From Desulfotalea psychrophila LSv54 (GTDB taxonomy: Bacteria; Desulfobacterota; Desulfobulbia; Desulfobulbales; Desulfocapsaceae), in the NCBI RefSeq assembly GCF_000025945.1, contig NC_006138.1, positions 2,730,001 to 2,762,000 of the forward strand: a DNA stretch of 32,000 nucleotides, written 5' to 3'. Each line of letters starts with the position of its first letter. The first letter of the stretch is position 1. Made by a program: the position numbers and the translations under genes. Positions 1 through 7,350 of this stretch are shown piece by piece. Under the pieces are notes generated by a model. It was given only the letters and a program-made list of their open reading frames with translations. It was not told the DNA's origin and ran no database searches.

Positions 1-92
1 AGGCGCCTGAAGATCTTCACCCAGCCCCAGGACAAACCACCGGAGCAACCGTCGCTGACAAAGGGGAGATCCGGCAAATCAATCTTATCCAA
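1..92 (-). CDS. hypothetical protein, N-terminal fragment (gene continues past window start)
   Basis: TTG at 92-90 (minus strand) lies 5 nt after AGAGG (revcomp of 98-102). The frame stays open to the window edge and translates LDKIDLPDLPFVSDGCSGGLSWGWVKIFRR. It is co-directional with, and 55 nt downstream of, the kinase gene. A competing plus-strand frame (..GATVADKGEIRQINLIQNNLL, TAA at 105-107) cannot be excluded. Confidence 0.3.
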   Translation of the reverse strand, partial: MDKIDLPDLPFVSDGCSGGLSWGWVKIFRR

Positions 93-147
93 AATAACCT
101 CTTATAAAATCCATCTATTTTTCACATCAACTACAAATCATTAGCAC

Positions 148-2994
148 CTATGATTTATTCGCAAGAACCTCTCTAACGCTTGCAGACAAGATCTTTTTAC
201 CATATGGTTTCGTCATATATTTACTGATGCCCTGGACCTTAACATCTTCTGCAGAAACCTTAAAACTATAGCCGCTACAGAGAATAATTCGCATATCAGC
301 CCTGACCTTTAATACCTCTTCGATAAGTTCTGTGCCAGACATATTGGGCATTGTCTGATCGGTAATAAGCAGATCAAAGCCATTGGCATCGGCCTTGAAA
401 AGCTCAAGAGCCCTCTGACTACTGCTCTCGGAAACCACCCTATAGCCCATACCCTCCAACATATGCTGCCCCATCGTTAAGATAGATTTTTCATCATCAA
501 CAAAGAGAATTCGTTCTGTGCCAGTGATGACCTCGGAGGAGCCCTCTATTTGCGGAGTCTCCTCCTCAGCCGTTACCGGCAAATATACGTTAAAGGAACT
601 TCCCCGCCCCAAATCACTCTCTACGCTTATAAAGCCACTATGAATCTTAACAATCTCATGCACAAGGGCAAGGCCCATACCCGTACCCTTGCCAGCATCC
701 TTTGTGGTATAAAATAGATCAAAGATCCGCTTAATTCTCTCCCGCCCCATACCCACCCCGCTATCTGTCACTGAGAGTTGCACATACTCCCCCTCTGCCC
801 GGGCGCATGGCGTCGTTAGCGCAAGTTGATCGAAATCTGCATTATTAAGATGAACCCCTTGCATACGAACAACAACCTCTCCCCTATCCTCTATGGCATG
901 CACGGCATTAATAACAAGGTTCATAACAAGTTGATGCAACTGCACAGGGTCCAGAAGAACAACACCACAGTCCGGAGAAATATCCTGGACAATAGAAATG
1001 CTGCTTGGTGTTGTGGAGCGAAGAAATTTCAGGGCCTCCCTGACCAGTAACTGCGGATGCACTGGCACCAATCTCATCTTTTCCTTACGACTGAAGCTCA
1101 GAATCTGCTTGATAAGACTCTTTGCCCGCTCAGAGGCCTTCAGCACCTCATCGATATTGGCAATGGCAGGATTACCCGCTGGGATATCCTCTCTAGCCAT
1201 TTCCGCATTGCCAAGAATAACTGCCAAAATATTATTAAAGTCATGGGCAATACCACCAGCCATGGCCCCAACCGTTTCCATCCTCTGGGCCTGACGTAAT
1301 TGCTCCTCAAGTTTGGCCTTTTCCGCCTCGATCTTTCTCTCGTGGCTGACATCATGAAGAATACAGTGTATCTTTTTACAAGAGTCATTATCAGCAGAAG
1401 AAATTCTGCCATCAATGGCCATAAGAACAGAGGCCCCATCCTTTTTAAGCACCTCAAGCTCTGCAGCCAATACCCCCCCCGTAGCCTTGACATATGAAAA
1501 TTTTTCTTCAAAGCATAATTGACCGGCAGGAGATAAAAAACCGATAAAAAATTTACCCAGAACCTCCCCTTTTTTATAGCCAAGATAATCCAACCAGGTC
1601 TGATTCACCTCAAGAAGAGCCCCTCTATCATCAAGTAACTGATAACCAATGGGTGCCTGCTCAAAAATATCTTTAAACCTCTCTATACTGTTCAAGAAAA
1701 ACATTTCAGCCTGCTTCTGTTCGGTTATATCGGTGCCAGAACAGAGTCTGCCCCTGACTGCGCCACTACTATCCCGCAACAAAATGCTATAAAAATCAAT
1801 ACTACGCATCTCCCCAGAACGGGTAACAATAGTTGTTTCATGGTTTTCAACAGCAATATCTTTGCGAAGAAGTAGCTGAAAAAATTCTTTCTTTTCATTT
1901 GAAGAAAAATGCTCAAACCAGTTAAGGCCTATGGCTTCATCCAAGCTAAGCCCTAAAATTTCACGGCCCTTTGCGTTGATCATGGTAATCACCCCCGAGC
2001 AATCAAAGGCAATCAGCATAACAGCTGCAATATCGAGATATGCCTGAGTCTGCTCCCTAAGCTCTAGCAACTGCTCGTTTCGCTCTTTTAACAGGGCCTC
2101 CAGACTGTCCTGACTATGGGCAAATTTTTGTGACATCCCTGAAAAAGCGCTAGCCAGCTCAGAGAGTTCATCCCCACCAGAAAGGGTAAGCTTCCCCCCC
2201 GGAGGTCTTTCGCCATTTGTAATGGCAGTAGATTCAGCAGTTATTCTCTTAATAGGGGTAACCATGCTTCTCTTGGCTATAAACAGTTGAAAAAAGAAGA
2301 TAACAGCAAAAAAGGCGGCACAGAGAGCAAAGAGACCAAGAATAATCCTGTCTATGCCCCTATAGGTTTCCTCCAGAGGAATACGAATTGAAAGAATAGA
2401 GGAGACATCACCCACTTTTTTATTAAAGCCCCTGTCACGACCATAACGAGCTACAAGGTCTGCCGGAGCATTTTCAGGTGAGCCATGACAGGACATGCAG
2501 GCCTTTGCAAACCTTATATGCTGAGCCTGCATATAACGATAATAAGGTTTGCCCTCAAACTCAATAACCTCAGAGCATGGTCCACCTTCAGAGTTCAGAC
2601 AAGCCTTCTCTAAAAATTTCTTCTCGTACAGGTCAGCTTCGTTCCTTGCATCTCTGGCATTGACTGCAGCATTTTTAAAATAATACTGATCAGAGCTAAA
2701 CCTCTTAAAATAGTCCGCTATCCTTTTATTTACATATCCTGCCGTCATCCAACCCGGGGCAGAGCCTATGGATAGAGAATCAGCCTCATCGTTTAAGTGA
2801 GAGATACTGGGTTGGATACCATGGGTGACATAGTTGATAATATCTTGTTTATGCTGGACAATAATTCTGGCCTTTTCTTCTGCCACCTCAATACTGTACT
2901 GGCGTAGCTCATAATCAACAACTACCAGGAGAATGACAATTACCAGAACAGCACAGATTGTACTCTGCAGTGCCCATCGTCTTCCAAGTTTCAT
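148..2994 (-). CDS. hybrid sensor histidine kinase / response regulator with periplasmic c-type haem sensor domain (DUF3365-like), HAMP, two PAS, HisKA, HATPase_c, REC
   Basis: From the 977-aa ORF 148..3081. The likely start is Met30 (MKLGRRW, ATG at 2994), just before TM1. Two TM segments flank a ~190-aa periplasmic domain containing FAKACMSCHG (CxxCH). Other motifs seen: HisKA GIAHDFNNIL, the HATPase G-boxes DSGVGMG and GTGMGLALV, and a C-terminal receiver (ILFVDDE...LLITDQTMPNMSG). Confidence 0.9.
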   Translation of the reverse strand: MKLGRRWALQSTICAVLVIVILLVVVDYELRQYSIEVAEEKARIIVQHKQDIINYVTHGIQPSISHLNDEADSLSIGSAPGWMTAGYVNKRIADYFKRFSSDQYYFKNAAVNARDARNEADLYEKKFLEKACLNSEGGPCSEVIEFEGKPYYRYMQAQHIRFAKACMSCHGSPENAPADLVARYGRDRGFNKKVGDVSSILSIRIPLEETYRGIDRIILGLFALCAAFFAVIFFFQLFIAKRSMVTPIKRITAESTAITNGERPPGGKLTLSGGDELSELASAFSGMSQKFAHSQDSLEALLKERNEQLLELREQTQAYLDIAAVMLIAFDCSGVITMINAKGREILGLSLDEAIGLNWFEHFSSNEKKEFFQLLLRKDIAVENHETTIVTRSGEMRSIDFYSILLRDSSGAVRGRLCSGTDITEQKQAEMFFLNSIERFKDIFEQAPIGYQLLDDRGALLEVNQTWLDYLGYKKGEVLGKFFIGFLSPAGQLCFEEKFSYVKATGGVLAAELEVLKKDGASVLMAIDGRISSADNDSCKKIHCILHDVSHERKIEAEKAKLEEQLRQAQRMETVGAMAGGIAHDFNNILAVILGNAEMAREDIPAGNPAIANIDEVLKASERAKSLIKQILSFSRKEKMRLVPVHPQLLVREALKFLRSTTPSSISIVQDISPDCGVVLLDPVQLHQLVMNLVINAVHAIEDRGEVVVRMQGVHLNNADFDQLALTTPCARAEGEYVQLSVTDSGVGMGRERIKRIFDLFYTTKDAGKGTGMGLALVHEIVKIHSGFISVESDLGRGSSFNVYLPVTAEEETPQIEGSSEVITGTERILFVDDEKSILTMGQHMLEGMGYRVVSESSSQRALELFKADANGFDLLITDQTMPNMSGTELIEEVLKVRADMRIILCSGYSFKVSAEDVKVQGISKYMTKPYGKKILSASVREVLANKS

Positions 2995-3467
2995 TTCTGC
3001 TCCAAATTTTTTATCGTGTTCCAAGGATTCACAGGGCATCCCTGTTTTCCAAAACCCGTAAAATAAATGTGCAAGCGACAACTACCTAGAGGAAAAGCAC
3101 CTTGCCGGGACAAAACACCTCTGCCTACCACCACTTACGGAGGAACTGCTAGAATGAAATATTAAAAAAAATTACAGATCAAAGAGGGACTAAGACGCCA
3201 AGGACCATAGACCAAAAGAGAGGCACTACCGTCTCCCTCTCAAGGCCACAAGCCCTACACACAAATATAGCACAGAAACAGGTAAATAGACCAATGGCAA
3301 AAAAGCTCCAACGAAAGCCACTCATAATACCCTGACAGGTATTCAGGCCTTCCACCTGCACCCCATTTTTTAAAATCAGAAAATTTTGCTTATTGCCCTC
3401 TTTAAAAAAAAAGAGTTTGATAGCAGATAAAAGAACCTAAGAACCTCCATACTTAGGACAAAATACA

Positions 3468-4862
3468 TTGAGCCAAGACATTGCAAAAAAAATAATCGGT
3501 AGTGAAGAGTGGTGTTCCTTCCCTGAACTGGGCATCCCTGCCATAAAGGCCCGGGTGGACTCCGGGGCCAAGACCTCCTCAATACATGCCGTCAATATCC
3601 AGACATTTCAGAGAGACGGTGAAGAGTGGGTGAGCTTTGAGGTTCACCCACTGCGGATAGACAGACGAACTGTTGTCCGCTGTCAAAGACCAGTAATAGA
3701 TAAACGCATTATTAAAAATTCCAGTGGCAACTCCGAGACGCGCTTTGTTATCAGGACTCCATTGAAACTGAACAAAAAAGTCTGGGACATTGAGCTCACC
3801 CTCTCCAACAGAGACGCCATGGGCTTCAGGATGCTCCTTGGTCGCGAGGCCATGATGGACAGACTTATTATTGACCCCGCCCTGCAATGCGCTCTGGGGG
3901 AAGTCTCTAAGGAGAGCCTCGGCAAGGCCTATACAAAAGAAGAAACTAGAAAAGGTGGTCTGAAGATAGGCATACTTGCCTGCAATGAAAGTCTCTATGG
4001 TAACCAGAGACTCCTGGAGGCGGGAAGGGAACGGGGACATGAGATGCTCTTTCTCGACATAAAGCAGTGCTATCTGAAGCTTGATACCCTGGAGCCTGAG
4101 GTTCACTATAAAGGAAGACTACTCAATGACCTTGATGCCGTACTCACCAAGATCGGGTCAAATATCACCCCATATGCTACTGCTCTCAGCCGGCAGTTTG
4201 AAAGTATGGGTATCTACACCTGCAACTCATCCTCTGCCATTAGCCAATCAGGTGATAAGCTCTTTTCCCTACAGCTACTCCTTAAAAGCGGCATCAATAT
4301 CCCCATCACCGGTTTTGCCAACTCTCCCATTGATGCAAGCGACCTCATTGAAATGGTTGGCGGAGCCCCCCTGATTATCAAGTTGCTGGAGGGTGGTCAA
4401 GGACAAGGCCCTATTCTGGCAAAAACTAAAAATGCTGCCGAGAGCCTTATTAACACCTTTAAATTTCTTAGGGCAAATCTCCTAGTCCAACAGTTCATCA
4501 AAGAGGCCAATGGTAAGATTTTAAGGTGTCTCGTGATCAACGGCAAGGTAGTTGCCTCTATTGAACGCACAGCAGCCTCTGGAGAGCTCAGCTCCAATAC
4601 ACACCAGGACGGAAAGTCCTCCATTGTAAAAATTACCCCAGAGGAAAGAAGCCTTGCCCTTAAGGCAGCGAAGGTACTTGGCCTGCAGATTGCAAGTGTT
4701 GATATCATCAACTCTAAAGCCGGACCACTCCTCCTTGAGGTAAACTCATCCCCTGAACTTGAAGGCATAGAAATAGCTACGGGCAAGGACATTGCCGGCA
4801 TGGTTATCTCCTCCATTGAAAAAAAGCTACAGTGGAAGAGACCATTGCCTCAGCAGAGTTAA
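3468..4862 (+). CDS. rimK: fusion of a RimB-like retropepsin-type ('ATP-dependent zinc protease', PF05618-like) domain with a RimK-family ATP-grasp alpha-L-glutamate ligase
   Basis: 464-aa ORF with a TTG start. The N-terminal ~140 aa carry KARVDSGAKTSSIHA (D-S/T-G-A motif). From aa ~165 it aligns along its length with E. coli RimK as I recall it (LKIGIL.., HYKG, MVGGAPLIIKLLEGGQGQG, LRCLVINGKVVASIER, LLEVNSSPELEGIE). Confidence 0.85.
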   Translation: MSQDIAKKIIGSEEWCSFPELGIPAIKARVDSGAKTSSIHAVNIQTFQRDGEEWVSFEVHPLRIDRRTVVRCQRPVIDKRIIKNSSGNSETRFVIRTPLKLNKKVWDIELTLSNRDAMGFRMLLGREAMMDRLIIDPALQCALGEVSKESLGKAYTKEETRKGGLKIGILACNESLYGNQRLLEAGRERGHEMLFLDIKQCYLKLDTLEPEVHYKGRLLNDLDAVLTKIGSNITPYATALSRQFESMGIYTCNSSSAISQSGDKLFSLQLLLKSGINIPITGFANSPIDASDLIEMVGGAPLIIKLLEGGQGQGPILAKTKNAAESLINTFKFLRANLLVQQFIKEANGKILRCLVINGKVVASIERTAASGELSSNTHQDGKSSIVKITPEERSLALKAAKVLGLQIASVDIINSKAGPLLLEVNSSPELEGIEIATGKDIAGMVISSIEKKLQWKRPLPQQS

Positions 4863-4929
4863 AATCCTACCAGAAGCAACGACCAGTTCAGAAGATTTTC
4901 TGCCGGACCGGGCAAGAGGTAAAACTAGC

Positions 4930-5424
4930 TCATTCTGGAAAGAATAAATCAAGCTGCACGCCTCGCCTCTCCAGACAGAGATCAAGCACTGCATAGGTTT
5001 TTCGATAAATTGCAGGGTCTTTGCTTGCCCTTGTCCCCGCCACATTAACCACCTTCACCCGATTTTTACGGAGAAAAAGAGAGAGAATGAGGGCGGCCTC
5101 TGACAGCCCCCGCTTGTCGAGATCAATGTGAAGCACAGGCTTGTTGTGCTGACGAGCCTTGCTCCGAGTAAAAAGCGAACCACCCGCCAGTTTCCCATGG
5201 GTAAATATTACCGTAACATCAGCATCAAGGATATTTTTTTCGCTGCGGGCAGGGTAAGAGTCTGTTTCCATCTCCACTAGCTGATATTTATCAGGCAAAA
5301 TGCCCGCCTCGGTTCTTCGCCCCCAAGGAATGGCTCCTCCATGAGGAATACCACGAGCCAAGGCCAGATCAAGTCCCGCCCTGTCTGCTCCCGTCTGGCC
5401 ACCACTTATAATTTTATCTATCAC
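4930..5424 (-). CDS. SLOG-superfamily 'putative molybdenum carrier' / YpsA-like protein (PF12694-like)
   Basis: Family motifs seen: IISGGQTGADRAGLDLALARGIPHGGAIPWGRRTEAG...DADVTVIFTHGKLAGGS...KPVLHIDL. The ORF is open to 5595 (221 aa). The first 57 aa are basic and low-complexity, and family members usually begin just before the SGGQTG motif. I therefore prefer the in-frame GTG at 5424. The start is uncertain. Confidence 0.75.
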   Translation of the reverse strand: MIDKIISGGQTGADRAGLDLALARGIPHGGAIPWGRRTEAGILPDKYQLVEMETDSYPARSEKNILDADVTVIFTHGKLAGGSLFTRSKARQHNKPVLHIDLDKRGLSEAALILSLFLRKNRVKVVNVAGTRASKDPAIYRKTYAVLDLCLERRGVQLDLFFPE

Positions 5425-5718
5425 TCTTTTTCCATTATTTTTTCTTCTGTTTTCATAGACTAAACTCTTGAGCACCCCTCTCTTATCAATATTTCTAAAT
5501 CTTACTATAAAATTTCTTGAATGTTTTAAGTAAGATAATCCTACCCCTTTTTTTTTCAGATCTCTATGTAGATTTTGTTCAGTTAAACCGAACATATCGT
5601 CTGGTTTTTTGTGATTTATTTTCCAAAAAAGGCACTGTATACAGTAATTATCATAAAGAAATGACCATAAAACATAACACTGAGTTTTTAAAAAAAATAC
5701 CTAAAAAGAGACACTCTT

Positions 5719-5832
5719 ATGAAAGCGATACTTTCCCAAAAATTTCGTGCCCTTTCCCAAATCACTCTCACCGTTTTGATATGCAATGTCGTACTGCTTG
5801 GACCGGTAGAACTTGCTCTCATCATTGGATAG
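5719..5832 (+). CDS. candidate small hydrophobic protein (37 aa)
   Basis: The ORF runs from ATG 5719 to TAG 5830-5832 and translates MKAILSQKFRALSQITLTVLICNVVLLGPVELALIIG. A strong intrinsic terminator follows 18 nt downstream. There is only a weak purine-rich SD (AAGAG, ~9 nt upstream). It is below the ORF-track length cut-off, and I recognised no homology. Confidence 0.3.
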   Translation: MKAILSQKFRALSQITLTVLICNVVLLGPVELALIIG

Positions 5833-5847
5833 AGCAAAAAAACGTTA

Positions 5848-5885
5848 AAAGCCCTCTTCGGTCATACCGGAGAGGGCTTTTTTTA
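5848..5885. terminator. rho-independent terminator, probably bidirectional
   Basis: An 11-bp stem, GCCCTCTTCGG (5851-5861) with CCGGAGAGGGC (5867-5877), has one G-U pair and loop TCATA. Seven T follow on the plus strand (5878-5884). On the minus strand the hairpin is followed by TTTTAACGTTTTTTT. Confidence 0.7.
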
Positions 5886-6030
5886 TATCCAGGGACGGAT
5901 TGTATGTCGCGGTGGCAGGGATGCCAGGGAGCGACGATGCCCAGGGAGCGGCTGTTACCATGCATGATCAGCCACAATGGCAGAGATAGGACTTTACTCC
6001 GATATCCGTTTTCTGGCAAATCCCGCCTAC

Positions 6031-6480
6031 CTACTCCACAGCGACCTTCACCACCACCTTATGCACCAACCCCGAAGAGATAAGGGGAAGATGGGCATCT
6101 TCAGGAAAGAAAATGGCAAACATCCCAGGTTGGGTATTCAGCCAAACCTCGGGCATTCCGGCAAAAAACTGAATATCATCGACGTCATCATACTCCGTCA
6201 GGGCCTGCCGGCACACTTGCTTTGCCTGCCAACCCATTTCATCTCTGCCGGCTAGCACCAGTTGAATATCTATGTATTTTTCATGGGTTTCAAGGGGGGC
6301 CTCATCCTTTTTTCGACCGGCATCCCGAGAAACCATGGCATAAACGCGCTCGCCATCAAGTTCATATCGTCCCTCAGCCATCTCCGCCAGATCCGGCCGT
6401 TTCAAAAACTCAAAGGCCCTTGCAAATCCCGTATTCAGGGGCAGATAACGATCTGCATTATCTAATATATCAAAAATCAT
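6031..6480 (-). CDS. YhcH/YjgK/YiaL family protein (DUF386, beta-galactosidase beta-subunit-like cupin)
   Basis: 149-aa ORF starting MIFDILDNADRYLPLNTGFARAFEFL, with ...ETHEKYIDIQLVLAGRDEMGW...MFAIFFPEDAHLP, which is typical of the family. SD AAAGAGGAAGAGCT sits directly upstream of the ATG. Confidence 0.85.
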   Translation of the reverse strand: MIFDILDNADRYLPLNTGFARAFEFLKRPDLAEMAEGRYELDGERVYAMVSRDAGRKKDEAPLETHEKYIDIQLVLAGRDEMGWQAKQVCRQALTEYDDVDDIQFFAGMPEVWLNTQPGMFAIFFPEDAHLPLISSGLVHKVVVKVAVE

Positions 6481-6681
6481 AGCTCTTCCTCTTTAGGGAA
6501 CCTTGAAAAATTATCTTTTCTTCAACTCTCTGCCTTGCATGAAAAATTTTATCCTCGCAGATAAGCGCAAACTCCGATATCACGATGTCTGTGGTAAAAT
6601 TTGTCATGCTCATCGCAGTCGGGGCTGCTCCTTGTCGAGATTGGACATTTAAGCCACCCTTATTACCAAGAATATCATGAT

Positions 6682-6712
6682 AAACGCCTGTGAATTACCA
6701 CGGAAGGCGTTT
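6682..6712 (-). terminator. possible terminator hairpin after mog
   Basis: AAACGCCT (6682-6689) pairs with AGGCGTTT (6705-6712), overlapping the mog stop codon. On the minus strand the stem ends in TTT followed by ATCATGATATTCTT, a weak U-tract. Confidence 0.3.
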
Positions 6713-7224
6713 TAAGCTGTACCACAGTCGCTTGTCCCACCATTTATCTTATCAAGGGCATGGGGAAGAGCGGGCAAAACAACCTCTATATTTTCCCGTG
6801 CGGCCTTAAGACTACCCGGCAGATTAATGATAAGGCTTGTCCCGCGAATACCGGAACAGCCACGGGAGAGCATGGCATGGGGAGTTTTCAGCAGACTTGC
6901 TGCCCTCATCGCCTCGGAGATACCCGGTGTCTCCCGCTCAATAACCTCCCGGGTTGCCTCCGGGGTCACATCCGTCGGTGCCGGCCCTGTGCCTCCGGTG
7001 GTAACAATAAGGTCAACACCCGACTCAACCAGTTCCAATAATTTTGCCACTATGCCATCATGTTTATCGGCCATAATTTCATAATCAGCCAACTGATATC
7101 CCTCTTTTTTAAGACAGTCTATCAGATAAGGACCACTGGTATCCTCCCGTAATCCCAGCGAACCTTTATCACTAAGAGTCACCACCGCAAAACTAAATCG
7201 AGCCGTTCTCATTGTTTTTTCCAT
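6712..7224 (-). CDS. mog: molybdopterin adenylyltransferase Mog/MoaB-family protein
   Basis: Motifs seen: VVTLSDKGS, LIVTTGGTGPAPTDVTPEAT, PGISEAMR, LSRGCSGIRGTSLIINLPGS. The long ORF (to 7278) would run through a hairpin at 7255-7292. The ATG at 7224 follows GAAGG. The ATG at 7212 is an alternative start. Confidence 0.85.
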   Translation of the reverse strand: MEKTMRTARFSFAVVTLSDKGSLGLREDTSGPYLIDCLKKEGYQLADYEIMADKHDGIVAKLLELVESGVDLIVTTGGTGPAPTDVTPEATREVIERETPGISEAMRAASLLKTPHAMLSRGCSGIRGTSLIINLPGSLKAARENIEVVLPALPHALDKINGGTSDCGTA

Positions 7225-7254
7225 AACCTTCTTCTTAACACATGTTAACAAAAT

Positions 7255-7292
7255 AGCCCCTACCCGGGAAAATAACACAGAGGATAGGGGCT
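7255..7292 (-). terminator. stem-loop between the EF-G paralogue and mog (possible terminator or attenuator)
   Basis: An 8-bp inverted repeat, AGCCCCTA (7255-7262) with TAGGGGCT (7285-7292), has a 22-nt loop. On the minus strand it is followed by ATTTTGTT. Confidence 0.35.
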
Positions 7293-7350
7293 TAAAAACT
7301 ACCTAAAATTTCCTATTACATTTAATAGAATTCATGGTGCAGCAAACAAC

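Noticed and set aside
1-107. Plus-strand open frame ending at TAA 105-107 (..GATVADKGEIRQINLIQNNLL), possibly the 3' end of a gene
   Set aside because: I did not list it as a feature because the opposite strand has a start codon with a well-spaced SD and is co-directional with the kinase gene. With only ~100 nt visible, the choice remains uncertain.
826-1916. Several 63-147 aa ORFs in other frames inside the histidine kinase gene
   Set aside because: They are nested within a 949-aa gene with continuous domain architecture, and none has a motif or SD.
3179-3361. 60-aa hydrophobic minus-strand ORF (GTG start) between the kinase gene and the rimK fusion gene
   Set aside because: Two TM-like segments make it tempting as a small membrane protein upstream of the kinase. 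It has no SD, a non-ATG start and no recognisable homology, so I could not support it. Ribosome profiling could revive it.
3579-4106. 175-aa minus-strand ORF, plus similar ones at 3683-3925 and 4397-4816
   Set aside because: All are antisense to the rimK fusion gene, which has clear family motifs. None carries a motif of its own.
5634-5645. Palindrome ACTGTATACAGT considered as a LexA (SOS) box
   Set aside because: The E. coli-type box is CTGT-N8-ACAG, whereas this is CTGT-N2-ACAG. LexA motifs also differ in non-gamma lineages. I kept it only as an unassigned palindrome in the findings.
5912-5926. TGGCAGGGATGCC, and TGGCAGAAAATTTAAT near 22782, considered as sigma-54 -24/-12 promoters
   Set aside because: The GG-to-GC spacing is wrong in the first, and the -12 GC is absent in the second.
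5517-6083. 188-aa plus-strand ORF spanning the 5425-6030 gap
   Set aside because: It reads straight through the strong terminator hairpin at 5851-5884 and overlaps coding sequence at both ends. Its composition is Arg/Pro/Ser-rich and unlike a real protein.
6467-6613. 48-aa minus-strand ORF upstream of and overlapping the yhcH start
   Set aside because: The nearest SD-like AAGGAG is 14 nt from the ATG, and the ORF overlaps yhcH out of frame. It is probably chance.
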